DNA of 64,000 nucleotides. It comes from an uncultured Nitrospiraceae bacterium. Lineage in GTDB: Bacteria; Nitrospirota; Nitrospiria; Nitrospirales; Nitrospiraceae. Of this stretch, positions 53,101 to 59,564 are shown in pieces. How positions within the stretch are numbered: position 1 is the stretch's first letter; every line of letters starts with the position of its first letter. The notes beneath the pieces were generated by a model. It did not search any database, was not told the origin of the DNA, and saw only the letters and a program-made list of their open reading frames with translations. The DNA lies in assembly GCA_963706325.1 (NCBI GenBank), contig CAVPLT010000006.1, forward strand, positions 128,001 to 192,000, in the 5' to 3' direction. The position numbers were made by a program, and so were the translations under genes.

Positions 53101-53163
53101 TACCAACAAGGTCACCAAGCCGGTCAGCGGCAGCTTGAATTTCTCATCTGGTTGTTCGGCCAT
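50149..53163 (-). CDS. Large membrane protein: N-terminal TM, type I PBP-like domain, about 8 C-terminal TM helices
   Basis: Long uninterrupted ORF with a hydrophobic helix pattern and LivJ-like motifs. See the related finding. Confidence 0.8.
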   Translation of the reverse strand: MAEQPDEKFKLPLTGLVTLLVAAVSSFIIYQVPLKTSRPINKEAEKYVSVKTDRVQARLWQDPFEAISTHQLKESATQSAAEGHAGSHHAFSDLVQAIRHEGAGSEYLVLPVFMDGSPYANGVESRLKDRYAVVSALGVAGYLPESGEYVRYFEWARPAESSLLVPLEWFRPDTSSRDLQDRKEVLVLWLKDQDFSPNPLASFGRLVAHLNHTLKQRAAAYRILGPRTSGTLASMLSELKKDAPDIAPLKGATFYSSWATAASSFLLGASRREAKEGEVERLFAEHGLSFLRMIGTDDQLAEQLVEELKRRRVDLSIPSNGTSPRRAPHVALISEWDTLYGRALPLTFVAMAETMAKRGDVAGTRQIEPELEVLRRGIWPEWVHRYSYLAGLDGELPPKGDGKDASGTQEKGKPGENPSGASQRTEEAPTGRGQLDYLRRLAETLKHDAAEFVAIGVLGSDVYDKLMILQALRNDFPRAIFFTTDLDTRLTHSGQGQWTRNLLVASHFGLTLHPELQAPIPPFRDSYQTALFYSTLRSIDYVLPGPHAEEVRASLTEARFSTAGKPRLYEMGRHGPVDMSLDQPGALPSIHAPRPDLNPTTGLLNMPSAGKVGLAGLAMGMALLCALLLNSEFMHLLRARTHRIILLSTLAFGGVTVGLLRWAMGDGPAGEPFSLTQGVSVWPTTVIRLLACALCGIFFYYSSMKLRENDQALAIRFGLLPSQAASTIPCSLLGIHYWRPHPGGAALATDLWQEYQTLGRWKHRLSRIVPQTLCYGALGWLLMSLFGSPTMPCRGAACFEINALVLLVSVLGMTLLMFYVVDATRLCRRLINIMIATRIVWPEDLLAREAVNQETDKTGLNEWLGIELIAQRTAVISFMLYYPFVILFLMGVARHTYFDRWDFPVSLMVLFGLNAAYALGNAVYLRHSAEEAKRTAVAQLNDKLAGLTAGAVSRKQVEGMVELIRNNREGAFLPFTQHPLFGAIALPTSGTGLVLLVEYLATVF

Positions 53164-53217
53164 GGACAAGTCGTCTCTCAGCGGTGAGCCTTGTCAGCAC
53201 TATCAACAGGTGGGCAC

Positions 53218-53246
53218 AGGCTAAACTTGAGATAAGAAACTGTCAA
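53218..53246 (-). promoter_or_regulatory. Putative sigma70 promoter of the large membrane protein gene
   Basis: TTGACA-17 bp-TAGCCT. Confidence 0.6.
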
Positions 53247-53329
53247 CGGATGGAGCGGTCATTTGCCGCGGCCTGGCTGGTCTCCCACTGCGCGCCCGTG
53301 GCAAGCACCATCACAATATTCCTTCCAAG

Positions 53330-53602
53330 CTAGCTGACCGCGCACTCCCTAAAAGGGGGACGAGGTGACTGGACGCCCACTGCGCGCATTGATCGATCCA
53401 ATGCTCCCTCCATACTCACATGTTCTCCCTCTCTAAGGGTGGTCTGGAGTAGCCTCCAATTGCGCGCGTCCAACGCCTTCCGAAGCCGCTCATTCTCTCT
53501 CCAGGGAGGGCGGCCTGATGGTCTTCGACTGTGCGCGTCCAACGAGGACCTTCCGAGGCCGCGCGTTGCGCGAACAAAGAAGATAATCAGGCCATCCTCC
53601 CT
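53330..53602. repeat. Composite intergenic repeat, family B
   Basis: Three degenerate units ending in TG(C/T)GCGC(GTCCAACG); inverted pair AGGGAGGGCGGCCTGAT / ATCAGGCCATCCTCCCT. Confidence 0.65.
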
Positions 53603-53616
53603 CCCCCCCTCTTCGT

Positions 53617-53645
53617 TTGACATCAACTTTTCTCCTCACTACAAT
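53617..53645 (+). promoter_or_regulatory. sigma70 promoter of dnaE
   Basis: TTGACA-17 bp-TACAAT, ending 6 nt before the GTG start. Confidence 0.8.
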
Positions 53646-53651
53646 CTTGCC

Positions 53652-56600
53652 GTGGCATCTCAATTCGTCCATCTGCACCTCCACACCCAATACAGCCTCC
53701 TCGACGGTGCCAACCAGATCGACCCCCTGATGCAACAGGTGAAGTCGTTCGGGCAACCTGCCGTCGCAATGACCGATCATGGCAACATGTTCGGGGCGGT
53801 GGAGTTCTATCGGAAAGCGAAGGAAGCCGGCGTCAAGCCCATCATCGGCTGCGAAGCCTACATGGCGCCCGGCAGCCGCCTCGAAAAAAATTCCCATCTC
53901 GCGCACAACGACTATTATCACCTGATTCTGCTCGCCACAAACCTCAAGGGATACCAGAACCTCATCAAGCTAGTCAGCAAAGCGTACCTTGAAGGGTTCT
54001 ACTATAAGCCTCGGATGGATAAGGATATTTTGCAAGAGCATCACGAGGGGCTTATTGGACTATCCGGCTGCCTCAGTGGTGAGGTGGCCTACCTGATCGG
54101 GCAAAAGGATTTGGCCGGCGCAACGAAGGCGGCGGGCGAGTATCGAGAGATCTTCGGGAAAGATAATTACTATCTGGAACTGCAGGCTAATGGCCTGGAG
54201 CACCAGCGCATTGCCAACGATGGGCTGCTGGAGATTCACAAGAAGCTCGACATTCCCCTCGCCGGTACCAACGACTGTCATTATTTGAAAGCAGAAGATT
54301 CGCGTCCGCATGACCTCATGCTCTGCCTGCAGACCGGAAAGACCATCAACGATCCCAATCGAATGAAGTTCGATACCGATCAGCTGTATGTCAAATCGAC
54401 GGAGCAGGCGCAGAGAGAGTTCAAGGAAATGCCGACGGCCGTATCAAACACCGTCAAGATCGCTGAGGCCTGCAACCTCGAGCTCGCGCTCAACAAAACC
54501 TATCTGCCCCAGTTCAAGGTGCCGGAAGGCTTCACGCGCGAAACCTATGTGGAGCAATTGGCAAAGGACGGACTGGCGGCGCGACTCAAGGAACGGCCCA
54601 GCTCCATCCCGGAGATCGCCTATCAAGTCCGGCTGAAGGAAGAAGTCGCGGTGATTTGCTCCATGGGGTTTGCCGGGTACTTTCTTATCGTCTGGGACAT
54701 CATTAAGTTCGCCCGTTCGCGAGGCATTCCGGTGGGACCGGGACGCGGCTCTGCGGCCGGCAGTCTCGTCGCCTATGCCTTGCGCATTACCGACCTTGAT
54801 CCGCTGGTGTATTCGTTGTTGTTCGAGCGTTTCTTGAACCCTGAGCGTGTGTCCCTCCCCGATATCGACATGGACTTCTGCATGGATCGCCGAGATGAGG
54901 TCATCAATTACGTCATCCACAAATACGGCGAGGACCACGTCGCGCAGATCATTACCTTTGGAACCATGAAGGCCAAGGCGGCGATTCGTGACGTCGGTCG
55001 TGTGTTGGAGATGCCATACGCCGAGGTGGACCGGATCGCCAAGCTCGTGCCGGACGATCTCAAGATGACTCTCGATAAGGCGCTCGAACAGGAACCGCGC
55101 CTGAAAGAACTGGTCGAGAAGGATGCGAAGGTCAAGGAACTGATGTCGGTAGCCCAATCGCTCGAGGGCCTTGCGCGTCATGCCTCCACCCACGCGGCCG
55201 GCATCGTCATCTCCGATCAGCCCCTCACCGACCACGTGCCGCTCTATAAAGGTCCGAAGGACGAAATCGTCACCCAATATTCCATGGGCGATGTTGAAAA
55301 GATCGGTCTGGTGAAGTTCGACTTCCTGGGCTTGAAGACCCTCACTATGATTCACCGAGCGGAGCTGCTGGTGAACGAGGCGCATCCTGATCGACCGCCC
55401 TTGTACGTCGAGCAACTGTCCTTCGACGATCCTGAGACCTTTGCACTGCTCTCGTCCGGCAAGACGACCGGCATATTCCAGTTGGAAAGTTCCGGCATGC
55501 GCGACCTGCTCACGGGTCTCAAGCCAGACCGGTTTGAAGATATCATCGCCATCATCGCGCTCTATCGCCCCGGTCCGATGGACCTCATCCCGGACTTTAT
55601 CAAACGCAAGCAGGGCAAGATCCCGATCGCCTATGAGATGCCTGAACTTGAAGCGATCCTGAAGGACACGTATGGCGTCATCGTCTATCAGGAACAGGTC
55701 ATGGCCATCGCCAACAAGGTGGCCGGGTTCTCACTCGGTCAAGCGGATATTCTTCGCCGCGCCATGGGCAAGAAGAAACCGGAGGAGATGGAAAAACTCC
55801 GGGTGCAGTTCCTGGAAGGGGCGAAGCAGAAAAAAATACCTGAGAAAAAAGCCGACAAGCTGTATGAGCTGATCCAGAAGTTCGCCGGCTACGGGTTCAA
55901 CAAGTCTCACGCCGCTGCCTATGCGGTGGTCTGTTACCAGACAGCCTACCTCAAGGCCCATTACCCGACCGAATTCATGGCGTCGTTGATGACGACCGAC
56001 ATGGGCAATGCCGACAAAATCGTCGGCTACTTCACCGAATGTCGCGGGCTCGGCATTCCGGTGCTGCCCCCGGACGTAAACCAAAGCCACAAACATTTCA
56101 CGGTCGTCGACAACGGCATTCGTTTCGGCATGGCCGCCATCAAGAACGTCGGCGAAGGCGCGGTCGAGGCGATCATCGACGTGCGCAACGAGACGGGTCC
56201 CTTCCGCTCCTTCTTCGATCTCTTTCGCCGGGTTGATCTGCGCAAACTGAACAAGCGCATGATGGAAGGTCTCATCAAGGCCGGCGCCTTCGACTCCATG
56301 GGCGGCCGTCGCTCGCAGTATCTGGCCGTCCTCGATCAGGCGATGGACGAAGGCACGAGCATCCAGAAAGAGCGTGCCCTCGGTCAGACCAGCATCTTCG
56401 GCGACGACACAGATGGCGCGCCTCAAACACTGGCGGAACCCATGCTGCCCGATGTCTCCGAGTGGAGCCAGGGCGAGATGCTGAAATACGAACGCGAGCT
56501 CACGGGATTTTATATCAGCGCGCACCCGTTGGCCCGTTATGAAGCGGCCATTCAGCTGTTTGCCAATACGACGACCATGCAAATCCCAGATGTTCCCGAC

Positions 56601-57104
56601 GGACGCGAAGTGAAGCTCTGCGGCATCATTACAGCCGTAAAATCGATGCTCACGAAAAAGGGCGACCGGATGGCCTATGTCACGCTTGAGGATTTACATG
56701 GCGTGGTGGAAGTGATAGCCTTTCCTGATCTCTATCGCGACCATGCCGAGATGATCGTGCCGGAACGAGTCGTGCGGTTGACGGGCACCGTGGATCGCGG
56801 AGACAAAGGCACCAAGTTGCGTGGAACTAAGATCGAACCGCTCGCGGAATTGCAGACGACGGGAATCTCGCGGGTCATGATTCGATTGAATGCCGGTCCA
56901 ACCGCCTCAACCAGACTTCCGATGCTTCGCCAGGTATTCCAAAAATATCCCGGCTCCTCGACCGTGTCCTTGGTGATGGGCTTAGGCGACACCATTGAGG
57001 CACGGACCTCGCCGCTCCCCAACGTCACGATCACTCCCAGCGAGCATTTCGTCGCTGATATCGAGGAAGTGCTAGGCAAAGGTGCCATCACCTTGGTAAC
57101 CTAG
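53652..57104 (+). CDS. dnaE: DNA polymerase III alpha subunit
   Basis: FVHLHLHTQYSLLDG (PHP), GPGRGSAAGS, PDIDMDF, YGFNKSH, OB fold. Confidence 0.99.
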   Translation: MASQFVHLHLHTQYSLLDGANQIDPLMQQVKSFGQPAVAMTDHGNMFGAVEFYRKAKEAGVKPIIGCEAYMAPGSRLEKNSHLAHNDYYHLILLATNLKGYQNLIKLVSKAYLEGFYYKPRMDKDILQEHHEGLIGLSGCLSGEVAYLIGQKDLAGATKAAGEYREIFGKDNYYLELQANGLEHQRIANDGLLEIHKKLDIPLAGTNDCHYLKAEDSRPHDLMLCLQTGKTINDPNRMKFDTDQLYVKSTEQAQREFKEMPTAVSNTVKIAEACNLELALNKTYLPQFKVPEGFTRETYVEQLAKDGLAARLKERPSSIPEIAYQVRLKEEVAVICSMGFAGYFLIVWDIIKFARSRGIPVGPGRGSAAGSLVAYALRITDLDPLVYSLLFERFLNPERVSLPDIDMDFCMDRRDEVINYVIHKYGEDHVAQIITFGTMKAKAAIRDVGRVLEMPYAEVDRIAKLVPDDLKMTLDKALEQEPRLKELVEKDAKVKELMSVAQSLEGLARHASTHAAGIVISDQPLTDHVPLYKGPKDEIVTQYSMGDVEKIGLVKFDFLGLKTLTMIHRAELLVNEAHPDRPPLYVEQLSFDDPETFALLSSGKTTGIFQLESSGMRDLLTGLKPDRFEDIIAIIALYRPGPMDLIPDFIKRKQGKIPIAYEMPELEAILKDTYGVIVYQEQVMAIANKVAGFSLGQADILRRAMGKKKPEEMEKLRVQFLEGAKQKKIPEKKADKLYELIQKFAGYGFNKSHAAAYAVVCYQTAYLKAHYPTEFMASLMTTDMGNADKIVGYFTECRGLGIPVLPPDVNQSHKHFTVVDNGIRFGMAAIKNVGEGAVEAIIDVRNETGPFRSFFDLFRRVDLRKLNKRMMEGLIKAGAFDSMGGRRSQYLAVLDQAMDEGTSIQKERALGQTSIFGDDTDGAPQTLAEPMLPDVSEWSQGEMLKYERELTGFYISAHPLARYEAAIQLFANTTTMQIPDVPDGREVKLCGIITAVKSMLTKKGDRMAYVTLEDLHGVVEVIAFPDLYRDHAEMIVPERVVRLTGTVDRGDKGTKLRGTKIEPLAELQTTGISRVMIRLNAGPTASTRLPMLRQVFQKYPGSSTVSLVMGLGDTIEARTSPLPNVTITPSEHFVADIEEVLGKGAITLVT

Positions 57105-57140
57105 GCGCACCTAGGCAACACCCTTAGGGGGTTTAACAGT

Positions 57141-58103
57141 ATGAGAGACTATCTCGATTTTGAAAGACCGATCCGCGAACTCGAAGAAAAAATCGAGAAG
57201 CTCGCGTCCGCGGAATCGCCCAAGTCCGGCGCACAAGAAGAAATGCGGAAGTTGCGGACGAAACTCGCCCAGGTTGAACATCAGCTCTACAACGGTCTGA
57301 CTCCCTGGCAGCGCACTCAATTGGCCCGGCATCCTCAGCGGCCCACTACACTTGATTACATCCACGAACTCTGTCGCGATTTTCTCGAACTCCATGGCGA
57401 CCGTAACTTCGGCGACGACCGTGCCATCGTGGGAGGATTCGCCCGGTTCAACGACCGCACGGTGATGATCATCGGGCACCAAAAGGGCAAGACGCTCAAG
57501 GAGCGCATGCAGCGGAACTTCGGCATGCCCAACCCGGAAGGGTATCGCAAAGCGTTGCGGCTGATGCGGTTAGCGGAAAAATTCGGCCGTCCGATCATCA
57601 CCTTGATCGATACCCCAGGCGCGTATCCCGGCATCGGCGCCGAGGAACGCGGACAGGCCGAAGCCATCGCCAGAAATCTCTTCGTGATGTCACGGTTAGC
57701 GGTCCCCATCATTTCTGTGGTCATCGGCGAAGGGGGCAGCGGCGGCGCCCTGGCCTTGGGGGTGAGCGACCGCATTCTCATGCTGGAACATTCTGTCTAC
57801 TCCGTCATTTCCCCCGAAGGCTGCGCGGCTATTCTGTACGACGACCCTGCCAAGGTGCCCGACGCGGCGGCTTCGCTCAAGATCACCGCGCAGGACCTAG
57901 TCGGGCTCGGCATCGTGGACGAAGTGATCCCGGAACCACTCGGCGGCGCGCACCGGGATGCGCGAGCAATTTCAGATCGGGTCGCAAAAGCGCTCACCAA
58001 TCAACTCTACGGGCTCGTAGAACTTCCTACCGATCAGCTCATTGCTCAGCGCGATCAGAAGTTTCGGAAGATGGGTGTGGTCGGCGGCCTCGTGCCGGCC
58101 TAA
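57141..58103 (+). CDS. accA: Acetyl-CoA carboxylase carboxyltransferase alpha subunit
   Basis: LARHPQRP, PEGYRKA, GEGGSGGAL, SVISPEGCA. Confidence 0.98.
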   Translation: MRDYLDFERPIRELEEKIEKLASAESPKSGAQEEMRKLRTKLAQVEHQLYNGLTPWQRTQLARHPQRPTTLDYIHELCRDFLELHGDRNFGDDRAIVGGFARFNDRTVMIIGHQKGKTLKERMQRNFGMPNPEGYRKALRLMRLAEKFGRPIITLIDTPGAYPGIGAEERGQAEAIARNLFVMSRLAVPIISVVIGEGGSGGALALGVSDRILMLEHSVYSVISPEGCAAILYDDPAKVPDAAASLKITAQDLVGLGIVDEVIPEPLGGAHRDARAISDRVAKALTNQLYGLVELPTDQLIAQRDQKFRKMGVVGGLVPA

Positions 58104-58108
58104 GCCTG

Positions 58109-58233
58109 GCAGGAAGTTGAAAAAGTCCGCCAGCGGCGTTCTCGCATCGTTCAGAGCCTCAGCGTACCGCAAGGGTACGCCTCGCCTCTTCTCTCGCTGC
58201 GGCCTTGCTGAACAGCCGTTTTGACCATCCTGC
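58109..58233. repeat. Intergenic palindromic repeat, family A
   Basis: GCAGGAAGTTGAAAAAGTCCGCCAGC...CGTACCGCAAGGGTACG...GCGGCCTTGCTG...CCATCCTGC. Confidence 0.85.
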
Positions 58234-58335
58234 TGCTTCACTGCACTCATATTCAGTTGAACTACTGCATGTTCTCGCGGCTCCTAGATTCTTCCAGCGG
58301 CTTTGAATCGCTCAGCGCATGAACCCCGCCGCCGC

Positions 58336-58935
58336 CTAGGAAAGCAATCCGAGCTCGGTGAACCGCGTTTCGATGGCTGACAAGATATGCGGGCGTAATT
58401 CGGCTCGATAGGGAGTGAGAGAGTCGTCGCGCAAGTACCGGTCGAGGGTCTGCGGTAGTTTCTTCCACCAGGTTCGAGCGGTCTCCCGCGCCTGCTGAGC
58501 CCGCGTCTCCCCGCTCGCCAGGATCACAGTCAGTTCCTTCGCAAAGAACCCCACGTGCACCAGTTCATCGTCGAGAATCTCAGATAGATCAGGCCTGAGG
58601 GTGGCAAGTAGTCGGGCGAACTCCAGGCCGAGCGCTTCATAGCCGAACAGCAGTACCGCCAGCGCTTCCCATTGTGACGGCACGGTGGGCAACGTCGGCG
58701 GCCGTTGCGACGTCGTCCCCAACATCGATTCGAACTGGCGCAGATGATCCTGCTCATCGGTTTCGTGCCGTTGAAGAAACACTTGCACATGGCGGGGAAG
58801 ATTCTGGGTTTGAGCGGCGCGCACAGCCCACAGCGCCATTGCCTCGGCGCGTAGAAACCGCTCAAGCAGGGCGCGTTCACAGGTGGCGGGAAGGACGACG
58901 GTAAGCGTCGTAGAAATGGAATCGGATGTCGACAT
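58336..58935 (-). CDS. Ferritin-like (di-iron) domain protein
   Basis: Paired E...DExxH motifs (DEQDH, DELVH). Confidence 0.7.
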   Translation of the reverse strand: MSTSDSISTTLTVVLPATCERALLERFLRAEAMALWAVRAAQTQNLPRHVQVFLQRHETDEQDHLRQFESMLGTTSQRPPTLPTVPSQWEALAVLLFGYEALGLEFARLLATLRPDLSEILDDELVHVGFFAKELTVILASGETRAQQARETARTWWKKLPQTLDRYLRDDSLTPYRAELRPHILSAIETRFTELGLLS

Positions 58936-58945
58936 TGCCGGCAGT

Positions 58946-59266
58946 CTACCTGAACGAGAGACTGTCCGCCAGACTCCATGCCTTCGCCGTTGGACCCAGC
59001 GACAGGAACGTATTCGACCGTCTCGCATTGCGACGCGAGGGTCGGTTCTCCAGCGTCCTCAGCCTGAATTGATGAATCAACACCCGCATGCGCTTTGCCA
59101 CCGTTGAGAGTTGAGTCGTTGAGGTCAATGCCTCATCGATACTCGTTTCGTTTTGTCCGCTGATTGTCTTCACACCGTGCACGTTCTTCGCCAATCGCGC
59201 CGCCGCAATGCTCTGTTCGCTAATCGATCCGGCATGACCCTCTGGGCCGTCGTCAGGATCGGATGG
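58946..59266 (-). pseudogene. Probable C-terminal remnant of a methyl-accepting chemotaxis protein
   Basis: SISEQSIAAARLAKNVHGVKTIS...TTQLSTVAKRMRVLIHQFRL resembles the MCP methylation helix and end; no N-terminal part is present. Confidence 0.5.
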
Positions 59267-59467
59267 TCACCGCACCGTTGGTGGTTCAAGCGGACCGGCC
59301 CATTCGCCCTTCGTCAATCCTACTTCTTGTGACGTGCCGTCGGGCCATTGAAAATAGCCGACCTCATCGACGAACAGAATCAACAGCTCGGTGTCCTCTT
59401 CCAGCCCGCGCCACCAATACCATCCGGCCATCTTCGGCTTGTCATCCGTCCACACCAATCGTTCCAT
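59267..59467 (-). CDS. Small Trp-rich hypothetical protein
   Basis: WTDDKPKMAGWYWWR...EWAGP; GGGAG ribosome binding site. Confidence 0.7.
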   Translation of the reverse strand: MERLVWTDDKPKMAGWYWWRGLEEDTELLILFVDEVGYFQWPDGTSQEVGLTKGEWAGPLEPPTVR

Positions 59468-59564
59468 GAGAAGCTCGTCTCCCTATGAGTCATTCCACGC
59501 TCGGCGTGCAAGGCCTGTTTCTGATACAGTCCCTGTCAAATTCCATTCCCGGGCGCACCCTATC

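Noticed and set aside
53439..53651. Long N-terminal extensions in the ORF track (dnaE, DUF4149, pyrG, hrpB, EamA) and ORFs inside repeats
   Set aside because: They run through repeats, promoters or neighbouring genes, and conserved N-terminal motifs start later.
53652..57104. Intein or split in dnaE
   Set aside because: The 1150-aa length is normal, the polymerase motifs are continuous and no intein motifs are visible.
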